Of a stretch of 62,525 nucleotides of DNA, positions 27,258 through 36,153 are shown in pieces. This stretch comes from Pseudomonadales bacterium (GTDB taxonomy: Bacteria; Pseudomonadota; Gammaproteobacteria; Pseudomonadales; JANQJO01). The position numbers were made by a program, and so were the translations under genes. The notes under the pieces are model-generated. The model was not told the DNA's origin. It saw only the letters and a list, made by a program, of their open reading frames with translations, and did no database searches. The DNA lies in the NCBI GenBank assembly GCA_028281605.1, contig JANQJO010000085.1, forward strand, positions 1 through 62,525, given 5' to 3'. The stretch's first letter is position 1, and each line of letters begins with the position of its first letter.

Positions 27258-27594
27258 TCACAAGCTATCTAAATATTCACTCAACACTTTAGCAGTAATA
27301 GGTAATTGGTTTCTTCCAAGAGCAATCACCAGATCTTTTGCACTATAGGGTGGTTTTTTTAAAGCCACCCTCATTTTTTTCAGGGCTTGACAGACTTTTG
27401 AGGGCAATAAGTCGATCTGATAGTTGATAAAATCATCTGGATGAATGGCCTCTATGTCATACTGATCCATTCATCATGGATTTTATCCGTCCAATGAGCT
27501 TTAAAAAGCCCAAACATAGAAAGCCGCATGAGCAAGTCACACAACAACGCTGGATAAAGAACACAAGCATCAAGTACAACAGAAAAACATGCCA
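27258..27594 (-). pseudogene. PIN-domain toxin remnant with an internal deletion
   Basis: The N-terminal fragment ..VVLDACVLYPALLCDLLMRLSMFGLFKAHWTDKIHDEWI runs into a stop. The C-terminal fragment DIEAIHPDDFI...LKKPPYSAKDLVIALGRNQLPITAKVL continues in another frame. The middle of the PIN fold, roughly 80-100 aa, is missing. Confidence 0.65.
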
Positions 27595-27780
27595 CTAATA
27601 CATTCCTAGCGATTGAGATAATTGGGCTAGTTCATCTAGTGCTTTTTCTCTAGCTTCATGGTTAACACTTATATAATCTATTAAATCTTTTAAAAATACT
27701 CTTCTATGAGTACCTACTTTATGGTGTGGTATCTCGCCTTGTTCCAATAATTTTACTACATGAGGCCTACTCACATTCAT
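27595..27780 (-). CDS. Excisionase-type (MerR-like) HTH antitoxin; the canonical start appears lost
   Basis: ..NVSRPHVVKLLEQGEIPHHKVGTHRRVFLKDLIDY. The in-frame upstream sequence YLTFNSELSTQEVANF belongs to the HTH, but no ATG/GTG precedes it before a TGA. Confidence 0.55.
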   Translation of the reverse strand: MNVSRPHVVKLLEQGEIPHHKVGTHRRVFLKDLIDYISVNHEAREKALDELAQLSQSLGMY

Positions 27781-27889
27781 AAAATTTGCTACTTCTTGTG
27801 TTGATAGCTCAGAGTTAAATGTTAGATATCAGATCTACAATCGTAAATAACTGTTAGAAATATGTAATATCCCTGAAAATTACCATAGA

Positions 27890-29359
27890 CTATGAGCTGT
27901 GTCCGAGATAGCGGATTGCACCGATACTGGGCATAAAAAAGTATTCTCCTCCTTGCACGGTGACGAATCTAGGCAGTTTGTGTACTTTGCGTCGAACTGG
28001 GCAATCGGGAATGCTGAAACTGCTGCTGTGTTCAGTGTTTTGATTACCAGTAGTTTCTTTGTGATCGCCGATGATTGGGTCTGCTTCATCATAACCACCT
28101 TGAAACTTTTTACTGTTGATCCAGGCTTGTTGTAAAAACTCAAACTGACGGTTGATATTGGCATTAAAGCAAATAAAGTATAGACCACGGTTGATTTGGT
28201 CTTCCTTAGCTTTTAACAAGCCTTGGGGAGTGAGTGAGCTGGCAAGGGGTTTGCCAAAAGGTCGACCGCGGCGAATAATGCGGTGGCGCTTTTCAACTTC
28301 GAACGCTTCTTGAATGGTTAAGTGGGTTTCAGTTGAAGTGCCAAAGGAGCCTCTTGGATTGGCGCGCCTGATGTGAGCGCCTAAAGGACAGGCTAGCCCT
28401 TTGGTATCGTGTATGTAATTAAAGGCATCATCTTTGGGTTTTAGAGTTGGTTCGTCTTGTCTTGGTGCGTTTACCAAAGGGGTGCCGCTGGGCCAGCGGC
28501 CCATCATTTTAGAGGCCAACTCAGTCATGGCGTAGGGGTCTTTGTCCCCCTGCTTGTCAGTTTGTTCATTCATATAGTTCCAGAATAGCTTGACGTTTTG
28601 GTTCAGTTGACGAAAGACCAAGTAACTGCCGTCACGCCCAAAGTCCTTGCGGCGTGAGCCTGACAGGTCATTGGGTAAAAAATTCTGTTCGTCGGCTTCT
28701 TCTCCCAATAAAGGGCGCTCCGTGAATTGTCCGTATTGGTTGGGGTAGCCCAATAAAATTTCGCCTGTTTCTATGGTGTTCTCAGGTTGAGTGTTCATGT
28801 GGTCGCGAGCAGGTCTTAAATGCTCAACCCAGGGCTGAGCAATACCATCTTGAAAACCAAAATGTTCTTTACCACCCTCAAGCGCCGTACTTAAGAGTGT
28901 TGGCTCAAGTATATTTAAGCCATGTTTTTTCAACTTTTTTGATTCTGTGTTTTGCAAGGTTTTTAAAACTGTGTTATTTGCTGCAAATAGCATCAGCAAG
29001 AGGTGAACACGAGTCTTATAGGGTCCACCCCATTGCCATTGCTCAGGAGCACTGTCGCCATGGTCCCCAAGAATACGCTGGCGATGCGGTGTACCACTCA
29101 TGCCTTCTTGAAATTCGCGTGAGAACTGTGCCAGTAATTGTGGGCTCAATCGCAATTGCTTGCAGCCTTCGTAGGTCAAGGCCAGATTCATACACGACTG
29201 GTCGGGTTTGTTGGCAGCACTTTGTACAACCAGTTGTTGTAGCCAAGCTTTGGCTTTGTCGGTTTGAGTGATTTCTAGCAATAAATAGCAGGCAGCGGGG
29301 AGGTTTTTATAACCTCTTGCAATCAGTCCTTGAACGTTGTTGAGTGTTGGTGCTTCCAT
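27890..29359 (-). CDS. DyP-type peroxidase family protein
   Basis: NVQGLIARGY.., GxxDG motif (EHFGFQDGIAQPWV), and a proximal-His region (GAHIRRANPR). Confidence 0.8.
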   Translation of the reverse strand: MEAPTLNNVQGLIARGYKNLPAACYLLLEITQTDKAKAWLQQLVVQSAANKPDQSCMNLALTYEGCKQLRLSPQLLAQFSREFQEGMSGTPHRQRILGDHGDSAPEQWQWGGPYKTRVHLLLMLFAANNTVLKTLQNTESKKLKKHGLNILEPTLLSTALEGGKEHFGFQDGIAQPWVEHLRPARDHMNTQPENTIETGEILLGYPNQYGQFTERPLLGEEADEQNFLPNDLSGSRRKDFGRDGSYLVFRQLNQNVKLFWNYMNEQTDKQGDKDPYAMTELASKMMGRWPSGTPLVNAPRQDEPTLKPKDDAFNYIHDTKGLACPLGAHIRRANPRGSFGTSTETHLTIQEAFEVEKRHRIIRRGRPFGKPLASSLTPQGLLKAKEDQINRGLYFICFNANINRQFEFLQQAWINSKKFQGGYDEADPIIGDHKETTGNQNTEHSSSFSIPDCPVRRKVHKLPRFVTVQGGEYFFMPSIGAIRYLGHSS

Positions 29360-29376
29360 GATTTGTCTTGATCCTT

Positions 29377-30669
29377 TTAAAATCGGTGTAACCAGTCTTG
29401 TGCGGCTTGCTCGGACATTTTACCAAATAATCCGTGGCGAATGGCGCTGTTATTGTTTAAATTTGCGGCGGAAAGATGGGGGTAGGCAGAATACCAAGCC
29501 TGGGTGGGTATTTGTACGGTGCGAATGAAGCGTTTGAAGGCTTGTTCGTTTTTGGCACCATCGAAGATCAAAAAACGTGTGTCTGGGTAACGAATTTCTC
29601 GGCTGAAGGTAAGATTCAGTCCCCAGGCGACTAGGTCAATAAAGGCACCCATGTAGTTTTCTTGGCTACCATCGTAGTTGCTGCAAAATAGCACACGTTG
29701 TGGATGTTTAATAAAGGGAAATCGCCATTTGTAATTGAGTGGAACCCAACGCGCAAAATGAATGGTTTTAACGTTGGCCAGATTACCTTTGTTGAAAACT
29801 GTGTGGGTAATGAGGTTGGCTAGAGGTAAAATCAGCTTCAAAGGAATTTGTGAAATCATGCCTTGGATATTTAAGAAACCACCTTCTTTAGGAAAGCCGA
29901 TCGCACTAAATTGATTTTGATCAATGATGTCCTCATAAGCGGTTAGTTTTCGCACTTGGGCATTAGCTGGACGTATTGAGCTTTGTTTGTCATTGTTGCT
30001 TAAAAAGCTCAGATGAGATCTGGCTTGATCAATTATGCCGGCAATATCGAGTTGATCTGAGTGTTTGCGAATGACCTCCCACCAGGGTGGGTTAAAAGCC
30101 TTGGCGGGCTTTAGGTCTTTAAATTCAGGGTGAGAGTGTACAAAATCACAGATGGCTTGACGGACTTCTAAAGCACTGCACCGGGACCAATCTTTTTGGT
30201 CCAGGAAGGTTTCAATAGTTTCACGTAATTTGCTTTCTAAGTGAATTTGCTTAACTGTCCTACCTTGTGTATTGACGTAATAAGTGGCACTGTCGATCAT
30301 ATGTTTTTTGAAATAGCGCAGGCGCTGCTTTAAGGTAATAGGCTGTGTTTCTGGGTAGCCTTTGCAGTATTGGAAGATTTGATCTAAACCAGGGCCTGCA
30401 TGATTGATTAATTCTTTGAGATGTTCGATGGGATTACCATCGACATTAGAGGCAAAGATTAAACTGGCTGGGATCAGGCCGTTTTTTAGATCTCGGGTTT
30501 CAGGTAGAATAATAAAGCGAGCAAAATGGACGGTTTCGAATTTGCCAAAAGGAATAAGGGGGTTGCTGGCAGGGTTTTGATTGATTTTATCCAAAACCTT
30601 GCCCAGAGTTGATTCTTTACCTTGTTTGATATCCATTAACAGAGTTAGAGATTCTTGTACGATACTCAT
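29377..30669 (-). CDS. Hypothetical 430-aa protein co-transcribed with the DyP peroxidase
   Basis: Clean ORF with 17-nt spacing to the DyP gene. It has duplicated HFARF/HFARW segments (ETVHFARFIILPE; KTIHFARWVPL) and no family I can name. Confidence 0.7.
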   Translation of the reverse strand: MSIVQESLTLLMDIKQGKESTLGKVLDKINQNPASNPLIPFGKFETVHFARFIILPETRDLKNGLIPASLIFASNVDGNPIEHLKELINHAGPGLDQIFQYCKGYPETQPITLKQRLRYFKKHMIDSATYYVNTQGRTVKQIHLESKLRETIETFLDQKDWSRCSALEVRQAICDFVHSHPEFKDLKPAKAFNPPWWEVIRKHSDQLDIAGIIDQARSHLSFLSNNDKQSSIRPANAQVRKLTAYEDIIDQNQFSAIGFPKEGGFLNIQGMISQIPLKLILPLANLITHTVFNKGNLANVKTIHFARWVPLNYKWRFPFIKHPQRVLFCSNYDGSQENYMGAFIDLVAWGLNLTFSREIRYPDTRFLIFDGAKNEQAFKRFIRTVQIPTQAWYSAYPHLSAANLNNNSAIRHGLFGKMSEQAAQDWLHRF

Positions 30670-30713
30670 GGTTGTGATGTCCTTAAAATGTTGTCCTTAA
30701 CTTGCTTTTGCTT

Positions 30714-31685
30714 TCAAGTCCACAAGCCGTTGAATTTGAGAGCGTTATAGGATACTTGAGTCAATGATTCTGACAGCGCCCAGAGTTTGCTGGCAATATT
30801 GCGGTCGTGTGAGCGTTTGGTGCTTTTGACTTTTTTAGGGGTACCATACAATTGAAACAAGCCATCTGGCCCGATGTAATCGCCTCCTTGGATTGTATCT
30901 TCGGTGCAGGCGTAGAGTGCGGGCAGCGCACCGTTTAAAGTATTTTGTGTGACTTTGGGTATGATGGACTTAGCCCAATGGCTGAACGATTTCATGCCTG
31001 CTTTTTCAAATGCGGGTATGACCAAATTACTGTTGGTAACGCCAGGGTGAACAGCAACAGATAAGATGTTGGCTTTTGCAGCGCTCAGGCGCCGCTGAAG
31101 TTCATAAGCAAAAATCAAGTTGGCCAGCTTACTTTGAGCATAAGCTTTATGGCGTCTGTAACTTTGTTTGAGATGTATGTCCTGAAAATTAATGTTTCCA
31201 CTTTTGTGGGCAATACTAGAGAGGGTGATGATTCTAGAATTTGGTGTTTTTAGCAGTGTATCCAAGAGTAAACCTGTTAGGGCAAAGTGACCCAAATGAT
31301 TGGTGCCAAATTGCATTTCAAAGCCTTGAGGTGTAGTCGATTGCGGTAACCACATGACGCCGGCGTTATTAATCAAACGATCCAAGCTAAAAAACTGTTT
31401 TTGAAAGGCTTTAACTGCGGTTTGGATACTGTTTTGGTCGGCTAAATCCAATGGAAGAAAGTGTAATGTTGCTTGTGGGGCTGTTTGTTTAATTCGGTCT
31501 ATGGCCGCCTGTGCTTTGCCTTGGTTGCGGCAAGCAAGAATGATTTCAGCGCCACGTTCTGCCAGTATCCGTGCTGTTTCAAAGCCAATGCCACTGTTAG
31601 CGCCAGTGATCAGGATGCGCTGCTGCGTGAGGTTGCCTATGTTTTGTTCAGACCATTTGTTTGCAGTTGCGTTGAATATCATCAT
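30714..31685 (-). CDS. SDR-family oxidoreductase (retinol-dehydrogenase-like)
   Basis: ILITGANSGIGFETARILAERGAEIILACRN, NNAGV, and YAQSKLAN. Confidence 0.9.
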   Translation of the reverse strand: MMIFNATANKWSEQNIGNLTQQRILITGANSGIGFETARILAERGAEIILACRNQGKAQAAIDRIKQTAPQATLHFLPLDLADQNSIQTAVKAFQKQFFSLDRLINNAGVMWLPQSTTPQGFEMQFGTNHLGHFALTGLLLDTLLKTPNSRIITLSSIAHKSGNINFQDIHLKQSYRRHKAYAQSKLANLIFAYELQRRLSAAKANILSVAVHPGVTNSNLVIPAFEKAGMKSFSHWAKSIIPKVTQNTLNGALPALYACTEDTIQGGDYIGPDGLFQLYGTPKKVKSTKRSHDRNIASKLWALSESLTQVSYNALKFNGLWT

Positions 31686-31849
31686 GAATCTTTACATTAC
31701 GTTCAATTGGTTAACGGTTATGGGACGAGAGTATTTTGATATGGCCAAATAGTGCCGGTTTGATTCAGCTTACCTCTCCTTAGATCCATTCTCCTTGTAA
31801 TGCCTTTATATATCATAGTGCGAGCTTCTTAGCAAAAATTGGCTATTGA

Positions 31850-31912
31850 AACAGCCATGAGCGATGTAATTTTCGTCACCCCAAGTGATGAAAATTGTAT
31901 TTCACGGTAAAT
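31850..31912 (+). repeat. Family-A REP-like element, upstream of and co-directional with the 32073 gene
   Basis: aacagccatgagcgatgtaattttcgtcaccccaagtgatgaaaattgtatttcacggtaaat. Confidence 0.9.
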
Positions 31913-32072
31913 AAGTGTCTCGATGCGGTGAAGAATTCATGTTAAGTCATTGTCAGCTTCTGCCGTTAAGTTAAAGGAGAGCTTAACGACTTTTTTGATT
32001 GATTAAAAATTGTTGCAATTGATCCCGTAATTGAGACATTTTTTTGACAGCAGAGGTGTAACGATAGTGGCA

Positions 32073-32750
32073 ATGGAGTTTGGACACATAGGAGTTTTGC
32101 CAAACCTTTCTGAACTTGGTTTGAAACAACAGGCCTTGAGCCCTGTTTATGTTGATACTCATAAGAGCACTGAGTTTTCTCAGATCAGCGTACAAGAACA
32201 GAGACACTTTGCGTTAAAACTCTATACTCGTGAAGGTGATTTAGTCGAAGCGCATTCAGGCAATCAATTTCACTACTTAAGTCAACAGATGACCAGTCAT
32301 AATGAACACGGTTTGCAGAAAGTGCAATTAGGTAACCAAAGTATGCAAAGCTCTCAATGGATTCAGGTACAGGGCAACCTTTCAGAGGAGGAGTTGCTAG
32401 CAATAGAAAGCTTGATGGCTCAACTGTCTAAGTTGTCAGAGATGTTTTTCCAATCAAATTTACCGGCTGCACTGCAGCAAGCTATGGGGTTAGACATTGA
32501 CAGTGAGTATATTGGGTCTTTAGATGTAGAGCTAAGCCATCGTGTTCAAAAATCATTGCAAACTTATCAATCGGTTGAACAGTTAGAACCTTTAGATGTA
32601 AAGTCCAACAAGCAACCGTTTATAGATGAATTGGCAGCAACACAGCAAATGATCAAGCAAGTGCAGCAAGCCTACCCAAAATTGACCGAGTTTTTACAAG
32701 CTTATTTTGAACAGCTTTCGCTTAAAGAGCGCCATGAGTTTCACATATAA
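32073..32750 (+). CDS. Hypothetical protein (Gln/Leu-rich; no recognisable domain)
   Basis: ORF of 225 aa from the first ATG; the track opens at a TTG at 32031. Confidence 0.55.
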   Translation: MEFGHIGVLPNLSELGLKQQALSPVYVDTHKSTEFSQISVQEQRHFALKLYTREGDLVEAHSGNQFHYLSQQMTSHNEHGLQKVQLGNQSMQSSQWIQVQGNLSEEELLAIESLMAQLSKLSEMFFQSNLPAALQQAMGLDIDSEYIGSLDVELSHRVQKSLQTYQSVEQLEPLDVKSNKQPFIDELAATQQMIKQVQQAYPKLTEFLQAYFEQLSLKERHEFHI

Positions 32751-32927
32751 CAAAAGATGAAACCTGAAGTTCAGGAGTAAATTATGATCAAGCCGATAAC
32801 CCATAACCCCAAATAATAGCTCACAGAGCCACCTAGTACTTTTTGATCAACCTCAGGCACTTCATTCTACAGTTACGACTCCTGCCGGAGTATATACATT
32901 ACCCATTAGAGGGCACACTTGAAATGC

Positions 32928-33794
32928 CTATGTATTAAACACTACCGTTTTATTCCCATCTATCAAAATACGATCTTCCAAATGCCATTTGACCGCTCTG
33001 GCCAATACATTTTTTTCTATATCTCTACCTTTTTCTTTTAAATCATCCACATCATCCCGATGCGTCACTCGCACCACACTTTGCTCTATAATAGGCCCCA
33101 CATCCAATTTTTTCGTAATATAGTGCGCCGTTGCTCCTATTAGTTTCACCCCTTCATCATAAGCTTGCTGATAAGGATTAGCCCCAACAAAAGCAGGTAA
33201 AAACGAGTGATGAATGTTAATGATCTTATTGGGAAAGTGCGCAACCACATCACCAGACAATATTTGCATATAACGCGCTAATACCAGCAAATCTGTATCT
33301 TCACCTAATACCGCCAATAATTGGGCCTCCGCCTCTTTTTTGGTCTGCGCAGTCACAGGAATATAGTGATAAGGAATGTTAAAGGATCGTACCGCCTCTT
33401 CAAGATCTTGATGATTACTGATGACCTGAGTAATGTCAGCCAACAACTCACCTCGAGAGAAGCGCCATAACAACTCCAATAAAGCATGATCATGCTTAGA
33501 TACCAGCAAAGCCACTTTTTTTAACTTCGTTGCAGCACTCAGCTGCCACTGCATGTGATATCTCTTAGCAATTGTCTGTGCAAAAGCTTGCGATAAAACG
33601 CCACAAGTTACATTCAAATGCGGCGTCTGAAACTCTAGACGCATAAAAAATTTACCACCTTCAGGGTCCGTCGAATGCTGATCTAAAGCCGTTATATTAG
33701 CCCCATGGTGATAAAAAAAGTTAGACACAGCCGCTACAATCCCCGGTTGATCCGGGCACATAATGAGCAATCTGGCTGTTGTATCTTGACGCAT
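32928..33794 (-). CDS. purU: Formyltetrahydrofolate deformylase PurU
   Basis: N-terminal ACT domain (LLIMCPDQPGIVAAVSNFF..HGANI) and a formyltransferase core (INIHHSFLPAF.GA.PY.QA...GVKLIGATAHY). Confidence 0.95.
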   Translation of the reverse strand: MRQDTTARLLIMCPDQPGIVAAVSNFFYHHGANITALDQHSTDPEGGKFFMRLEFQTPHLNVTCGVLSQAFAQTIAKRYHMQWQLSAATKLKKVALLVSKHDHALLELLWRFSRGELLADITQVISNHQDLEEAVRSFNIPYHYIPVTAQTKKEAEAQLLAVLGEDTDLLVLARYMQILSGDVVAHFPNKIINIHHSFLPAFVGANPYQQAYDEGVKLIGATAHYITKKLDVGPIIEQSVVRVTHRDDVDDLKEKGRDIEKNVLARAVKWHLEDRILIDGNKTVVFNT

Positions 33795-33891
33795 AATACT
33801 CCCAAAAAAACCTTGTTTAGTTTACGTTTTTAAATAAAAATTTATAATAAACTCTATTTAACGACTTCAAGCACTGGGGACTTAACTTTCC

Positions 33892-35904
33892 ATGCCATCT
33901 AAAAACTCAATTCACCCACTTCTAACCCTAAAACCCGCTCAAGTCAATATTCATACTCAAACACTCAAGTCTCTTACCTTTAACGATATTTACTTTAACC
34001 CCTCACAGGCGATAGAAGAAAGCCAATACGTTTTTCTCAAACACAACCAACTTGCACAACGATTTACCCACTTAACAAATGAAAACTTTGTCATCAGTGA
34101 AAGCGGTTTTGGTTCTGGACTGAACTGTTTATTAGCCATAGACCTATTCGAAAAAACGGCTCCCCACACAGCACATTTGCAGCTCATTTCTTATGAAAAA
34201 TATCCACTGCTACCATCAGACTTAGCCAAAATACAACAAAACTGGCCCCAGTTAAAACCATATTCTCACTTTCTACAAACACACTACCCACCTTTAGTGC
34301 AAGGCACCTATACACTGACATGGCCTAATCCTAATATACAACTCATCCTCATTTGGGGAGACATTAACACCAACATTCAAACCCGTACAGACACAGTAGA
34401 CGCTTGGTTTCTAGACGGCTTCGCTCCCAATAAAAATCCACATATGTGGCAACAAAAACTGTTTGTTCACATGGCCAGACTGTCTCACAGCAAAACAACT
34501 ATAGCAACCTTCACCGCAGCCTCTAACGTTCGCAGAGGTCTCGAACAAGCTGGCTTTAATATGTATAAAACCAAAGGCTTCGGCAACAAAAGGGAAATGC
34601 TTCATGGCAAACTACAGCCAGAACACAAACCAGCTTATCATCTAAACAACATCATACCTGCCTGGTACAAACTCGAGGCAACTAAAAGAAACCAAACACT
34701 AACCGTTATCGGTGCAGGTATTGCTGGATGCACCACCGCCTACCTTTTTGCCACTCGCGGTTGGCGTGTGCAATTGCTAGATCAAGCACCTGCTCCCATG
34801 CTGGCAGCTTCAGGCAATCGCAGTGCTGTGATCTTCACCAAGCTCTCACCGTTTGATCAAGCTCATAACCGATTTCACAACACAGCCTATCACTGCGCGT
34901 TGACCCATTTACACCAATTAGCACCACAACTGATACAACATAAAGCCTATGAAGCCTGCGGCCTACTTTCATTATTACCAGATGATCAACTCAAACAATG
35001 GCGAAAACTGCTTGAGCACCACTTCAAAAATGATACACTCATAAGAATTGTAAATGCAGATCAAGCCAGCCATATCGCACAAGTACCCTTAACCCAAGGG
35101 GGGCTTTTTTACAGTCAATCATGCTGGGTATGGCCCCAAAAGTTGGCTCAAGTGTTACTTACTCACCCTAATATTACCTTCCTCCCACAACAGAATGTCA
35201 CAGAACTACTACGAGACAATGCTCTTTGGTCCATTATAAATTCCAATCAAACATCGATCATTCAAACCGAGACAGTCATACTATGCAATAGTTTTTCCGT
35301 AAAGAATTTTCCTTTTTGTCAATATTTACCCATGAAAACTCTACCAGGCCAGCTCTCTTACCTGCCCAGCAATACGCACACCCAAAAGCTGAAAACCATT
35401 CTTTCAGCAGAGGGTTACATCACACCAGCAATCAACAATCAACATATCTTAGGTGCCACATATAGAATACATAACCATTCTACTGAACTGACTACAACAG
35501 ATCACATCGACAATCTCAACAAGCTTAAAAAATACGCCAATAGTGTATATGAAAACCTCAAAACCACACCAACGAATACCATGACTGGTTCTATAGGTAT
35601 ACGCTGTCAAACTAACGATTATCTCCCAGTCGTTGGGCCCATTCCTAAGCTACAAGACTATGTACATCACTACAAAGAACTGCGTACTAAAAAACTCACG
35701 ACCCACCCCAAAGCAGCCAGCTATCTGCCTGGTTTATTTATCAATACAGCCCATGGCTCCAAAGGCTTCACACAAGCTTGGCTGGCTGCAGAAATTTTAT
35801 TTGCACAATTGAATAACCAACCTTTGCCTATCGATACAAGTGTTTACCAAGCCATCCACCCTGCTCGGTTTATCATGAGAGATCTTAAAAGAGGAAAACT
35901 ATAA
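33892..35904 (+). CDS. mnmC: Bifunctional tRNA mnm5s2U34 methyltransferase / FAD-dependent cmnm5s2U34 oxidoreductase MnmC
   Basis: DAWFLDGFAPNKNPHMWQ, a FAD motif (VIGAGIAGCTTAY), and about 670 aa in the two-domain layout. Confidence 0.9.
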   Translation: MPSKNSIHPLLTLKPAQVNIHTQTLKSLTFNDIYFNPSQAIEESQYVFLKHNQLAQRFTHLTNENFVISESGFGSGLNCLLAIDLFEKTAPHTAHLQLISYEKYPLLPSDLAKIQQNWPQLKPYSHFLQTHYPPLVQGTYTLTWPNPNIQLILIWGDINTNIQTRTDTVDAWFLDGFAPNKNPHMWQQKLFVHMARLSHSKTTIATFTAASNVRRGLEQAGFNMYKTKGFGNKREMLHGKLQPEHKPAYHLNNIIPAWYKLEATKRNQTLTVIGAGIAGCTTAYLFATRGWRVQLLDQAPAPMLAASGNRSAVIFTKLSPFDQAHNRFHNTAYHCALTHLHQLAPQLIQHKAYEACGLLSLLPDDQLKQWRKLLEHHFKNDTLIRIVNADQASHIAQVPLTQGGLFYSQSCWVWPQKLAQVLLTHPNITFLPQQNVTELLRDNALWSIINSNQTSIIQTETVILCNSFSVKNFPFCQYLPMKTLPGQLSYLPSNTHTQKLKTILSAEGYITPAINNQHILGATYRIHNHSTELTTTDHIDNLNKLKKYANSVYENLKTTPTNTMTGSIGIRCQTNDYLPVVGPIPKLQDYVHHYKELRTKKLTTHPKAASYLPGLFINTAHGSKGFTQAWLAAEILFAQLNNQPLPIDTSVYQAIHPARFIMRDLKRGKL

Positions 35905-35906
35905 AC

Positions 35907-36039
35907 ACTATAGCGAGACCCAGAATAAGTCAATATTTATTTTGGAAGCCGTTGGCGGCAAGGATGCCACCATCAAGCTATGGGAATATATTAATGCGTG
36001 CTGAAAAAATAAATATCAACTCATTCTGGATCTCACTAC
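35907..36039. repeat. Family-G inverted repeat (about 36-bp arms, about 60-bp spacer) between mnmC and the sensor gene
   Basis: actatagcgagacccagaataagtcaatatttatttt ... aaaaaataaatatcaactcattctggatctcactac. All six arm mismatches are transitions. Confidence 0.8.
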
Positions 36040-36153
36040 ATAAAATAAGCCAAAAAGACAGATCGCAAGCAACACGAGTAGTAACAGGAAAGCATCAAGT
36101 TGTAAAAGAAACACCTTAGGCCTCTATGCACTATATCAGTAGAATAGTTAAAC

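Noticed and set aside
27880-29528. ORFs overlapping the DyP gene (27880-28188 -, 27899-28135 +, 28897-29271 +, 29043-29246 -, 29337-29528 +)
   Set aside because: All lie within or antisense to the DyP operon genes, which carry clear family motifs. None has a motif or an RBS.
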